From Chara braunii (taxonomy: Eukaryota; Plantae; Charophyceae): a stretch of 64,000 nucleotides of DNA. Location of the stretch: positions 336,336-400,335 of the forward strand of contig BFEA01000013.1 in the NCBI GenBank assembly GCA_003427395.1, given 5' to 3'. The notes under the pieces are model-generated. The model was not told the origin of the DNA, made no database searches, and saw only the letters and a list, made by a program, of their open reading frames with translations. The translations under genes and the position numbers were made by a program. Of this stretch, positions 35,641-49,557 are shown piece by piece (the first letter of the stretch is position 1; each line of letters begins with the position of its first letter).

Positions 35641-38161
35641 GCCTTGCCCTTTCGTTTGCATATTCTGAAACTATTATGGATTCTCATTTTTCCCTCATTT
35701 ATCCTTATCATTGCTCGAGTAAGTCGGTCTTGCTTCACTTGCTTTAACTCTATTTGATGATCGTGTTCTGTGTCTTGCCACAGTTCTCAAAATTAGTAAA
35801 TTAGCAAATTGATACATGCATGACACACTAGGATTTCATGATTATTATTTGCATGATCTTTGATTCTTTGTTGTTCCGAATCATAATAAAATATTTCTAA
35901 GACCGGAAGCCGGCGAAGACCACAATTGAAGGGTCTCGCTCGAAGTCGGACGCACACAACCGGAAGGGATTTGTGTTATTTAATTAATTTTATTTATTTA
36001 TTTATTGCAATCTTCAACAAAATCTTGCATGACACTTTATTAGATTTCTAGTCGTCGGAATAGAAAAAATACGAAAAAAATGACCTCGTTGTTAGGACAT
36101 GAGAAAGTTTCGTATCCGGAACGAGTTTGGGTCATCAACAATTTTAACCTTTGATTAGGGCTTAAGAACTGTTGACAATGTCAAATTCTCAAATTGGTTT
36201 TGTCATCCTGATTGAGTAATTTTTCCCTTTGAAATCTCAGTTGCTAATTGTGTCTTATGTTTTCATGTATGAGGTACCACACTAGATTGGAGAAGGAGGC
36301 TGACATTATTTATTGGAGAGGATCAGGCTTGATCAAAGGTATGTCTTGCTAACCCTGAATACTTTTGAGGAAACTGAAAGATAAGAAAACAAATCAGGTT
36401 TATGGATGTTGGTCCAGGATGCATAGATTGAACTGTCTAAACTTACTTCTAAAGAGATATTCCCCTATGAGTACGCACTTTGTTGGGTCTATGAGTCTGG
36501 TAGTTCGACCATCTGTGTAGTGTTGGCTCACTTCTTGGATGGAGACATCTATGATATCCGTCCTTACGTCAAGAAAGAAGGCTGCAATGATGATGAGGCC
36601 TTTAATTGGCGATGAGAAATTGTTGTTCAATCTATTTATAACAAGAAAGCAGAATTAAGCAAACAAAAGAAGAAAGCAAAGTGGGGACTAATGCAAGTAA
36701 CCTATGAGACACCTTTTATTCCTCCTATTCCTAACGGCTCTTGTGATGGAAATAATTGACTGTGAATTATCAACATGGTACCGAGGAAAGATAAATAAAG
36801 AGACTGACATGAGAATAGAAAATTTTTTAGTAAGGGAAACTAGCAGTTGGACAACTATGGTGTATCTTGTATGGAAGGAGGAGAGGTCTTAACAAGAACA
36901 TTGTCAGTAACAAGAATTTCATTTGTGAGAGACAGATTATGTAAAGTGACAAGGTTCGATAATCCCTTCATAATTTTGAGATGTGAGACTTGTGTAAGAG
37001 GCTGCAAGGCTGCATAACATTTCACATTCTAGTGGTAAAATTTTTGAATGCCGGCAAGTTGGACGCTATGTATCCCCGGCGGTCGCAGTCGCCGCGGGCA
37101 TGACAGCGGCCACCGTGGTCGACCGCGGGCCCGCGGTCATGACCACGGCGGTCGCGGTTAAAAAGGGCTCGCCGCGGTCGCGGGGGAGGGGGTACTGGAA
37201 GTCGGGGTCGGGATTCCGGGGGCGCGAGCAAGGACAGACATACCCGCAAAGAAAAAAATGAAAAAAAGTTAAAAATTGGAGGGTCCAAATTGGGGCATGT
37301 TTAAGGGGGGGTTATAAAATAAGGGACCCCCTTTTTTTAATTTTGCCGGCGCAGGCTTGGGTTACGGGGGGTCNNNNNNNNNNNNNNNNNNNNNNNNNNN
37401 NNNNNNNNNNNNNNNNNNNNNNNNNNNNNNNNNNNNNNNNNNNNNNNNNNNNNNNNNNNNNNNNNNNNNNNNNNNNNNNNNNNNNNNNNNNNNNNNNNNN
37501 NNNNNNNNNNNNNNNNNNNNNNNNNNNNNNNNNNNNNNNNNNNNNNNNNNNNNNNNNNNNNNNNNNNNNNNNNNNNNNNNNNNNNNNNNNNNNNNNNNNN
37601 NNNNNNNNNNNNNNNNNNNNNNNNNNNNNNNNNNNNNNNNNNNNNNNNNNNNNNNNNNNNNNNNNNNNNNNNNNNNNNNNNNNNNNNNNNNNNNNNNNNN
37701 NNNNNNNNNNNNNNNNNNNNNNNNNNNNNNNNNNNNNNNNNNNNNNNNNNNNNNNNNNNNNNNNNNNNNNNNNNNNNNNNNNNNNNNNNNNNNNNNNNNN
37801 NNNNNNNNNNNNNNNNNNNNNNNNNNNNNNNNNNNNNNNNNNNNNNNNNNNNNNNNNNNNNNNNNNNNNNNNNNNNNNNNNNNNNNNNNNNNNNNNNNNN
37901 NNNNNNNNNNNNNNNNNNNNNNNNNNNNNNNNNNNNNNNNNNNNNNNNNNNNNNNNNNNNNNNNNNNNNNNNNNNNNNNNNNNNNNNNNNNNNNNNNNNN
38001 NNNNNNNNNNNNNNNNACATGAAAGTAATGTACAGATAAAATAAAGATAATATACAAAAACATGAAAGTACAAAACTAATCTGCCCTACTACACAAAGTC
38101 GCTAACTCCTGCCGTGTAAAACATGAAAGTACAAAACTGATCTGCCGTGCTACACAAGTCA

Positions 38162-41100
38162 CTAACCCCTGCTGCCGTGCCTAGTATGAGTGCTACGACG
38201 TGTTGCAGTCCCTCTCCCTGCCAATGCTCCTCTCTGCCCACTCCGACCCCTACCGCGTGGTGCTCCTTGTCTCCCTACGGGTGCAAGGTGTGAGCCTGCC
38301 GCGGACGCTACTCTCCGATGCCTATCTCTCCGCATAGTTGTGTCGATGGGCTCAGTCTCTATGTCTGCCTCCTCAGCCTGTGCCTCCGTCTCCGACCTCC
38401 TCTCACGCTCGCGAATGAGGTCCGCCAACCGCTGCTGGTCAGCAGCAATCTCCGCATCAAGATCCCTGATCGAGCCATGACGTCTCGAACCCTGTGGCAT
38501 ATGCAAGTCCTCCTCGCCCGATTTGTACGGCAGTCCCTGTCGTCTGTCGTCAATGGTTGATCGAGCCGAATAAACCTCCAACCTCTCTGTCCTCCTCGTC
38601 TCAACTCTATCCAATCCGAGTATACGTCCTGTTGTGTGGACACTCGGTCGTCCAGCCTCACTCGCACCCGCTGCAGGATCTCCCTCCCCCAATGGTCCTC
38701 GTGCGAACAGCCCCCGTCCTCTATCGTAGTGCCTCCTCAGATTGTCCGTCACTCGCCGACAAGACGACCACCCCCCTAAAACTATACCTCAATGACTCGA
38801 CGAAGATCCCCGCCCACTGCCTTGACCTCCAATCGGTGGAAGACCTGCAGCCGGTGCTGATCCCTGCTGCGATGCTCGAGATACAGGGCGCGTCAGTGGC
38901 TGCGCATGGCTGCTGCCAGGCCCGCCTGAAAACACTGCCGCCTGTCTCTCCAAAGACTCCCGCTCGCGGATGTCAGACTGCGATGATCCAGTCCACATAG
39001 GGCTCACTGGAGCCCACGGGGGAGGCGAGGGCTGACCACCGGTGAACGGGAAAGGGTCCTCCGTCCCCAACCTCTCTAGCTGCTCNGGATGTAATGGGGT
39101 TGGAGTGCACTCCCCCGGTTCCCCGCCATCCCACTGAGGCATCTCCCNGAAATGCCCACNTGTGGAGAAAGAGCCCNGCCCGCCCGAGTCAATATGCCCT
39201 CCTCTCTCGACATCTCGCACCGACGGGGGCCTAACAATAATCGCGAGGGACATGTCGATGGCTGCTCCCTCCTCCTCAACATCCCCTCCGGTCACGCCAT
39301 CTCGCACGAACGGGGCACTGTGGCCTGCGTCGACCCCTACTCCCTCCTCGTCATCCTCTACCGCGCCATCAACGAAAGCCTCGAAAGGCACACTGCCCTC
39401 CAAAGGGACACTACCCTCGTCCACCAACTTCACATCAGGCAAAGCCAAATCGCCCTCGTCCAACTCCTTTTGAGACAAAGGAACACTCCCCTCGTCCACC
39501 AACTCCTCCTGAGGCAAAGGAACACTCCCCTCGTCCACCAACTCCTCCTGAGGCAAAGGCACACTGCCCTCGTCCACCATCCCCTCCTCCCCTCCATGAG
39601 TCCCTACATTTGTGCCTGCCGCGCATATGCCAATCACGACGTCGTCTACGATAGCCTCGACGGCCGCACACTCCTCGCCGTCGTCGGAGCTCTCCGCTCC
39701 TGTGTCTGCCCCAACTGTCTCGATACCCCCGACATGACCACCCTCGCATGGCACATCTGCCTGCCCCTCGCCTCAAGCGGGGAATCCGCATGTGTCAGCA
39801 CCACCACCCACAACATGAGAGGGCCCAGAGGCGGGCTGCATCGTGTCAGAAGTCGGAATACGTCCGACGCTTGATGGCGGACCCGCTCCTATCGTCTCTA
39901 ACTCCCTCTGCCTCCGCTGCTCGGCCTCATACGCCTCTCTGCCCTCCCATCGAGGCATGGACTGTAACAGTGCCTCCTCCTCGCGATTCAGGCGAGCATC
40001 CCTCTCCTCAACAGTCTCTTCCCTCTCCCTCACATCCGTACTGTAATCCGGTCTGTCATGGACTTTGCATCGTAAGACAGGTGAGCCCCCATGCGAATCT
40101 GCGATATCGAAATCGCTGGTGCGCAGAGAGGATGTCGCAGCCTGTGCGGGGCCGCTGTGTGACGGTGTCCCCTCCGCGACCGGTATGTCCTGAGGCTGCT
40201 GGGACGCCGGAACGCTACGCTTTTCAACCTGTGTGACCGACGAAGCTGCTCTGAATGCTCCCTGGAGTGGTGGATCGGATCGAACCGAGGGTCCCACAGG
40301 CGGTCAGCGTGAGGTGCCATGCCCTCGTCCTCGTCACTCGATTCCACCCCTAGAACTCTCCTCGCGCGGGGGTGAACGTCGCGAGCAACGGCGCCACGAC
40401 CTCGACCCGCTGGAGGGTGTCGAGTGGCGCTACCTTGTGCCCCGCCGGCGACATCGGCCGTGATGACGGACGTCCGCGGCGCATACCCGTCCGACCCGCC
40501 CCCGTACGCGAAGTACACCTGCTCCGTCCTCCTGTCTGTGCCCCCCGCCAGATCCTCTGTGTCCGTCCAATCGTCCTCTCCGTCCTCAGCGACTGCCGCG
40601 GAACCCTCTCCTGCTCCCCGGGACGGGGGAGGAGGCACATGGTCGAAAGGGAGCACAGTGGCCGCCTGATCCCCGAATACGGCAGAAACCTCTCGAGGAC
40701 GGCTTGTGTCCTCCTTGCGAAAAACATCGATCTGCCTCCTTATCTCCCAGTTGGTGAACGTACCAACAGGTTTGGCCCCCCACACGTCAGGCTCGGGGTC
40801 ACCGCCGTCCTCGTTCTCGCCCGGCAGCCGTCTCTCGATGTCGACACCATCCATCACCCACGGAAGCACATAGCCGCCACCCTGCTGCCTGCATGAAGCG
40901 AGTTTGAGATTTGTCGTGATCTCAACCAGCTGTGCCAGCTTGGCGAAACCAAGTTTGCTCCGTTTGCCGTCTGAATGCGCTCGTGGGCCGCCCAATTCCT
41001 CTCCGCGGGAGAGGCTGACGTCCACATGTGCATCACATGGATAGCGATAGCACGTGACTCAGGGTGGGCAGTGTCGTGGGCAAACCACCACGCCGCGCAA

Positions 41101-42968
41101 TGGTGCGTTTCCTGATCCCCATGGCAACCCTCCGCCTCGGTGTCCGACACCAGCTTGTCACCCCAGTCTCCACTGCGCGCATGGAATCGGTGCATCTGGT
41201 CACGAACAACGAGGTAATCCCTGCTGGTGGGATCACCTCCAGTCTCCGCAAGGAGAAAACGATCACACTGATGTACAACCTCCATATCCTCCGTCGTGGT
41301 GTGGAGGGACGTGTAGTACCTCAAAGACCGACGACGGGGGTTTAGGAGATGAGCGGCAGCGCGACTCCAACAAGTGCATGAGCCGCATCCTGACCTCTCG
41401 CACGCACGGGGTCAGAAGATCGGCCGGCACGACGTCCAGCTTCGTCAGAAGCTGAACGAGATGACGGCTCCACTCGTAGACGATGGAGATCATCATCCCT
41501 CCTCTGTCCATCCACCTCAGCAGCTGATGGATGGGCTCCATCACAAGAATCAAGAACTCAACATAGCGCCAGAACTCGCCATCTCGAATCTGGAGACGCA
41601 CCCATCTCGCCTGGGGTAGCAGTCTTCGCTCCCAAGGGATACTCGCCCAGGCGTCGTCATGCAACATCGCCTCCAGCGGATCGCGTCTCCCAAGGAGACA
41701 AGTCAACATCATGAAAACTGATGCGAAGCGAGTCTCAACTTACTGCACAAACGAAACACGCGGGCTCTTCTTCTTGTAAAGGGCGAGAGTTGCGCCGTGC
41801 GATTTAATAAATCGCACCATCGCTCGTCCATGGATAATGGTGTCAACTGCCCACCCCACTCGTGTCCCTATGTCTGACAACATCAAGTTGCAGACATGGG
41901 TCGAGCAGGGGAGCCAAGTGATGCGACGGACCATTGGATCAGGGTCTGCAGCGAGCAAATGGGCGGCCGCTGTGTAGTTACTAGTGGAGTCTGTACAAAA
42001 AGCTATGATGTCCTTCGCAGGGAAGGACTAAATGATGGCCTTCCACCTGCGGAAGGCAATGGCGCCCGTCTCCTGTACAGAACCGTCGCGGCCAATGGTG
42101 GCGTAGGGTAGGGCGCCAGTGGCACAGTAAGGAAGTTCACGATGGGTCATGAATCACGCGATTTTTGACCATCTGACAAGATGGTGGCGCCGTTGTGACT
42201 GAACGACTCTCGGACCTCCCGTAATAAAGCTGCCACCTTCGCCCTCTGCTCGGGCACTCCATCTCCACCGATTTCCTTAAAGGCAGGAAATCGCATCCGC
42301 ACTCCTCTAGGCAGCTGATCCGCCGCCTTCCAGACCTCCCTCCACGATTGCCTCCTAAACGCGTTGAACGGAATGCCAGAGTTATAAATCCACTGCAGAA
42401 ACTTGTCGTTGACGAACGATTGCTTGTCCGCAGTGTAGACCTCGTCGATCTTGGACTGGTGGGCCCTCTTCCCCGGTCGGGTCGCTGCCTGGTCGGTCTC
42501 CCCCATCGGCCTCTTCCCCTTTCGGGTCTCAGGGTCCTCCCCACGCGACGTCATCACGACCTCCTCCCCTGGCAACTCCACCCCCTCCCGCTCCTCCATC
42601 TTGTCAAGCACGTCCTGCACGTCGTCCCTGCCTGCAGTGCAAGGATCCGCTCCTGTACAACCTCCACCAACTGCTCGGGAGTCTCTGATGCCGTGCTCCT
42701 CCATGTATGTGCGAATGGATGCGTGATGTCGGTCATCGAATCTGTAGTCTGTGCCGTTCCAAATGTCAACGAGCACGTCAAACTGCGCAACACGGCACTT
42801 CTTCAACTGGCAGAAGTGCCTCGCGGCCTTCGATTGGTTCCCCTGCCACAGGTGCTTGCACAAGTTGCATCGCAACTTGTGGTCGCCGTGCATCTTCTCC
42901 CACGACCCTACCGGTTGCCCCAGCGTAACGTATTTCCAAACGCATGAGGCCCTCCTCAGCTTGGCCAT
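38162..42968 (-). pseudogene. hAT transposase 2 (BED finger, DUF659-type region, dimerisation motif, long acidic tail)
   Basis: VWKYV...CNLC...ARHF...C; GATILSDG; WLPCSTHVCNL; WTSASPAERNW; multiple frameshifts; 39-bp coding repeat VDEGSVPLPQEEL at ~39420-39580. Confidence 0.9.
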
Positions 42969-43414
42969 CTCAACATCGGAAACAGGGATAAAATATGACC
43001 CCCCTGAACCACCGCCCCCCCCAGAACCACCCCCCCCTCCAACTTATTGCGAACGAATGACTCGTTCGCACTAGCCCATGCGCTGATGTCGCTCTGTGAT
43101 GTCGCCCGTCGAGTCGTTGAAGGCCGTCGATGTCGTACTCCCCTCGTCCAAGACCCCCTCCCCGCCCCGTGTCCACCGGGCGCCAACGTGGCCGAGAACC
43201 GAGGCCCACCCTAGGCCCGTCGTGACCGCGCGGTTGTGAACACGTCCGCTGCAGTCGCAGCTTTGCCCGCTGCGAGTGGTGACGCGACCGAAGCAGTCGG
43301 GATCACGCCCGCGCTGGCTGAGAAGTAGTTTGGTTGCTTTTCGAGGGGGTCGGAGATCGGCGACGAGATCGTGCGAAAAAAAATAAATTAAAAAAAAAAT
43401 TAAAAAAAAGCAGA

Positions 43415-43454
43415 TGATTGATTGGTTGATTGATTGATTGATTGTGTGTGTGTG

Positions 43455-43496
<42 letters not shown>

Positions 43497-43628
43497 GAAG
43501 AAAGTCCAACAAAACAGTCCGGTGCAGTCATGCTTTTTCAAAGCACAAAGAATAAGAGAAAAAATAAAAGAAAACTTATTGAAATAAAAAAACAAAACGG
43601 CGGTCTATATCGCCATGTTTTAGCGGCA

Positions 43629-43660
<32 letters not shown>

Positions 43661-43662
43661 CA

Positions 43663-43709
<47 letters not shown>

Positions 43710-43750
43710 CAATAATATCAAGATCCTATCCACACGATAGGATCTTGATA

Positions 43751-43791
<41 letters not shown>

Positions 43792-44182
43792 AATTGATTG
43801 ATTGATTTGTATTGAATGAATGATTGATTGATTGATTGATCGACTGATTGATTGATTGATTGATTGATTGTGTGTGTGGCCCGCAATGTGTGTGTGTGTG
43901 TATGTGTGTGTGAGAGAGAGAGAGAGACAGAGAGAGAGAGAGAGGGAGAGATCTCCCGCGCTCGCGCGCACACACACACACAAGACAGATAGAGAGAGAG
44001 AGATCCCACACGCGCGCTTTCCCATAATAGTAAGACAACAAACGAACAAAAAAAAAAAAAATTCGGCGGTTCTATGTTCCGCCGGGACATCGAGTCAATC
44101 AATCAATCATTCAATCATTCAATCAATCAATCAATCAATCAATAGAATTAAGATCCTATCGTATGGATAAGATCTTGATACT

Positions 44183-44222
<40 letters not shown>

Positions 44223-44238
44223 ATTGATTGATTGATTG

Positions 44239-44277
<39 letters not shown>

Positions 44278-44481
44278 GTGAGTGTGAGTGTGTGTGTGCG
44301 TGTGTGTGTGTGAGCGTGTGTGTGCGCGCACACACACACACACACACAAGAGAGAGAGAGAGAGAGAGATCTCCTGCACGCGCGTTTTTCCAGATCACTA
44401 AGACAACAGAAAAAAAACAAAAAATTGATTTGGCGGTTCCAAGTTCCGCCGGGACATGCAATCAATCAATCAATCAATGAA

Positions 44482-44518
<37 letters not shown>

Positions 44519-44562
44519 ATCGATCAACAATATCAAGATCCTATCGTATGATTGATTGATTC

Positions 44563-44601
<39 letters not shown>

Positions 44602-44673
44602 TGTGATTGATTTGTGATTGATTGATTGATTGATTGATTGATGCGCCACACACACACACACACTCACACGCGG

Positions 44674-44745
<72 letters not shown>

Positions 44746-45084
44746 ATCTATCTATCTCTCTATATATCTCTCCCCCCCTCTCCGCCGGTCTTCGCGGTCG
44801 TCGACGTGCCCGCCGTGGTGGAAACCGACTCCGCCTCGGTCGAGGCCATGGCCTCTCTCTCTCTCTCTCTTGTCTGTGTGTGCGTGTGTGTGTGTGTGCT
44901 TTTCCAGAGCGCTAAGACAACAGACAAAAAAAAAAAAAAATGGCGGTTTCATGTTCCGTCGAGACATCCGATCAATCAATCAATCAATCAATCAATAATA
45001 TCAAGATCCTATCGTATGGATAAGATCTTGATACTATCGTATGGATAGGATCTTGATACTATCGTATGGATAGGATCTTGATAC

Positions 45085-45115
<31 letters not shown>

Positions 45116-45154
45116 GTGTATTGATTGATTGATTGATTGATTGTGTGTGTGTGT

Positions 45155-45191
<37 letters not shown>

Positions 45192-45585
45192 TGAGAGAGA
45201 GAGAGAGAGAGAGAGGGAGAGATCTCCCCCGCACGCGCTCGCACACACGCACACACACACACACACACAAGAGGGAGAGAAAGAGATCTCTCGCGCTCGC
45301 GCGTTTCGAGAGCACTAACACAAAAAAAAAAAATAAAAAAAAATTGGGGGTTACATGTTCCGCCGAGACATGCTATCAATCAATCAATTAATTAATCAAT
45401 CAATCAATCAATCAATTAATCAATCAATCAATCAATCAATCAATCGATCAATCAATCAATCAATCAATCAATCAATGGAAATCAATCATTCAATCAATCA
45501 ATCAATGGAAATCAATCAATCAATCAATCAATCATTCAATCGATCAATAATATCAAGATGATATGGTGTGGATAGAATCTTGATA

Positions 45586-45622
<37 letters not shown>

Positions 45623-45650
45623 TGTATTGATTGATTGATTGATTGATTGC
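43415..45650. repeat. Array of ~5 composite units: (TCAA)n - palindrome - (TTGA)n - (GT)n/(GA)n
   Basis: The core ATCAAGATCCTATC-n6-GATAGGATCTTGAT at ~43717, 44148, 44532 (half), 45000 (expanded) and 45552 is flanked by opposed tetranucleotide arrays. Confidence 0.9.
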
Positions 45651-45802
45651 GCCACACACACAAACACACACACACACACACACAATACATCTCTCTCTCT
45701 CTCTCTCCGCCGGTCTTCGCGGTCATCGACGTGCCAGCCGCGGTGCAGACCGACGCCGCCTCGGTCCGCTATTTAACTGCCGCGGTCCAGGCCGTGCCCC
45801 CA

Positions 45803-45852
<50 letters not shown>

Positions 45853-46198
45853 ACCATAAACAAGAAGAAGATGAGGGAGGAGAAAGAAGAAGAAGAGAAA
45901 GATGAAAGAAGAGGTAGTCAAAGAAGAAAGAAGAGGAAGACAAACAGAAAGAATAAAGAATAAAAAGAAAAAGAACAAAGAAGATTCAGAAGAAATGAAA
46001 ATAGAAAATACAAAGGATAAAGAAGAAGAAGAAAAGAAGACAGAGGGGAGAAGAATAAAAAAAAAAAAAAAGAAGAAGTAGTTTAAGAATAAACAAGAAG
46101 AAAAAAAAAATATAATAAACAAGAAGAAAAAATATATATATATATGTATAAAAAGGAAAAGAGGGATGAGCTGCTTACCTCTCCTCGCATGCTGCTCT

Positions 46199-46258
<60 letters not shown>

Positions 46259-46388
46259 CCCCTCTCTCTCTCTCTCGGTCACGAATGTGACCTCCGGAGC
46301 CGTCACGACGACCTCAACGACCGCGGACGTGTTCTCGCGGCCGCGCCCTCGAAGGGCTGCCACGTGGCAAATGTTGACCAGCCACGTG

Positions 46389-46466
<78 letters not shown>

Positions 46467-48079
46467 CGCTCTCTCTCTGGCGCGCGCGCGTGCGCGCGTG
46501 CAGCTCTTGACGTCGTTGACAACAACAAAACAACAACAGGTATTTCTGTTGCTGTTTCAGATAGATGCATAACTTTATCTGAAACGGTAACAGGAACACC
46601 TGTATGCCGTTCGTTTTTCATTGTTGTCAACGAAAAACGACCACAATGGGCCTTTCATTTTGATTACTGTGAAAAAAAAATTCACAGACTGACCCGACAT
46701 GAAGAAAAAAAACAAAAAGACATGGTCCAATGGAAAGGCAGTAGTTCGACACAAAAAAATCAGCAAAACAAAAATTTGCCCTTCGAAATTATTTGTTTTT
46801 TATTTTTTTTCGGTGTCTATTTTCAGTTATATATTTTTTTTAATACCTAAACGACATTGGACATTGTTTTAAAATATACAGGGGTGTAGAGTTTAAAAAA
46901 CTCTACGTTCGTGCATTTTTATTTTATTTTTTACGATTTTATTTCGAAGGGAAAAAAAAAATCCAAACTCGGGATCGCAGCATCTTGCCCGCATCCGACC
47001 TCGTCGGTCGACTACCCGATCGCGGGCCGAGATGGACTCCGCGGTCATGACCGCGGGGGATACATAGCTTCGACGTGATAATTTACGCCCCAACGTGTCC
47101 AGAAAAGGAAGATGATTATTGGGAATGTTGGGCACGGGCTTACATTAGTGTTGTAAGAACAAAAGAGTGATTGGAGAAGTTAGAAAGGAAGGTAACTTGG
47201 GAAAAGGGAGTGAGGCAATTTGAGAGACTCCCTAGCTTCTCAACTATTGATGGTTTTGATGACAGGAGAGACTGGATGCCTCTGCTGCAAGCCATTGTCA
47301 TAGTAGGTAAAGCAAGAGAATGTGACTCTATTGTAATGATAAAGTTCTTGCTTTTGAATATCTTTGAGCACATGTTAGAGACCCCTAACTATATTCATCA
47401 TGAGATTTGTCTTTCTTGACACTGTTTATACTGATCAGTAATGCCTGGATCGTTTCAATTTTAACTTCAACAGCTAATTTAAGGTTGTATTGGAATGAAG
47501 GGTAATCAAAACAGAGGGTACTCCACGGATCTCATGCATAAATTTCTCCACTCTGGATGAGCTTGAGTTCTTGCAACCTTTCCTTGATCGGATGAGAGAC
47601 TCTGCCTTGAGAGTTGTTATTGACCAAATGGAGATAAACTACATTTTGAAGACAGCAAGAGTAAGGACCATTGAGAGAGTATCTTATCATTTCTCTGGGG
47701 AGCGAGTCTTTCTTGCCAAGAGAATCAACAGCGGTTCATAACCCATGCAATTTAATTATGAGATTATAGATCTAACAAGGTACTTTAGGTTTCGGGGTAC
47801 TGTGAAAGAGTATAACCGAAGGCTGGGTAGGGACAGTTAGAGGGAACTGATTGAAAATTATATTGGGAGATTGAGAAGAATCGTCTCTCCATTGATCTCT
47901 ATTCAGATTATTAATATCTACACACTCTACATACAAAATTATCAAGAGGTCAAACAAACAACACAGGAGAGGGACGGGTTTGTATCTCCTTGCAAGAAGG
48001 ATAAGAGACTTAGAGTATGGAAAAGTCGGTTAACAGTGAGAAGGCAAAAAAAAAAAGAATATTGGGGGAAGTTTATATT

Positions 48080-49557
48080 TAAGACGTCTGGGGGGGGGAG
48101 ACATAGTTCAAGGCCTCGCTCTTCTGCAGGGACTCATGAAGAAACTCTGGTGGGTGTCATACGAGAGTTGGTTGAGAGAGTTGACACTATAAAAGGAGGA
48201 TCAGATATTGCCAGCGCAAAGAGACCAGAAGAGAGAATTCCATGCTTCAGAGGACCATAAGTCAACCATTTCCTGAATGAATACGAATTATTTGGACTTA
48301 GTTATGGTTGGACAGATACACAACGGCTTAAGCACTTTCTATTATACTGTGACTTGGACTGAAGGTTGGCAGTCCAAAAGTTAATGGAAGGGGTCACAAC
48401 ATGGGAAGAAGTCAAGGAGAGGATGAAAAAATAATTTGAGAAAGACTTTGATTCAACCACTACTAAGAATCTCTTCAAGATCAGAAGAGCTAAGTATGAC
48501 ACCTTTAATGTTTTCCTTCAAACATTTATACGGACAGATTTGGACGAGGCTAAAAAATGTCATATCTTCCTAACTAACTAGATTGACAATGAGAGACAAA
48601 ATATTATTAATCAAGCTCAACATTACCCTCTCAGATGGGATGAAATGGTTGCAATAGTCAGAACTCTACCTACGATCTCACATAAGAAGTGATCAATGAA
48701 TCAAATCAAGACTTCGGTTAAAAACTGGGAGACAGGGAATGGAATGAACAGAGGGAGCAATCTGACCATTGAGAATATTGTCCAACTGGTTATGGCGAAT
48801 TATATGTCTATTGATCATGTTGTGGATGAGAAAGGGAAGAAGAAGGCTGAAAGTGAAGATGAAGGAGATGATGATAATGTCGATGGCCATAGGAAAAGAG
48901 GAGGCTCTTCCAGATCTAGAAAAAATGGAGGGAATGGTGAAAAAGGAAACAGACAGAGAAAAAAGTTTGATGACCATCTAAGGAAGAGTTTCGTCTGCTA
49001 CTATTGTAGTGAAGGGGGTTATGCCACAACCTACTGTAAGCCTTTGGAAGAAGTTGTGAAGAGTGGGGTAGCCAACAAGAATGTGATGAAACATGTATGT
49101 GATAGTTCATGAAACAAACAGGATCTCAAGCATCCGAAAGGTATGAGACTTCTTGCCCTTAAACATAAAGAAAAGATGACGAAGAAGGAAAAAGTAAAAA
49201 ATAAAATAAATGTGTATCTTCTTATTGGCGAATTGTCTGAAGAGCTCGTACGGAAATCTGATGGTCCTTCCACCATTATTGAATTGCCTCTACAGTCCAT
49301 GACTTTAGTGAAAGATTTGTCTGATGAGGCTTCCTGAAGCAGGTTTTTATTACAAGAAAATTTTGTTTCTCAGAGTTCTTATGAGTTGGTAGTATCTCCT
49401 TCTAATGAACCCGCTAGTTCAGTCAACATGATGTTTTTTTAGGGTGATCTACCACAAGAAGTCATCATTGATTCCAGTATAGTGGTTGGAGAAGTGATAA
49501 ATATTCGAGCACACTTGATACCTCAGATGATTGAGGAAAAGTAGAGAAGGAAACTTT
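48080..49557 (+). pseudogene. Ty3/Gypsy gag (decayed)
   Basis: IPCFRG...FLNEYE...TWEEVKERM capsid-like segment; zinc knuckle CYYCSEGGYATTYC (H mutated to Y). Confidence 0.75.

Larger units (their letters stand above)
37066..47067 (-). mobile_element. hAT DNA transposon 2
   Basis: TIRs CTATGTATCCCC(G/C)GCGGTC at both ends; candidate 8-bp TSD gttggacg / cttcgacg (6/8); CCGCGG-rich subterminal repeats. Confidence 0.88.
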
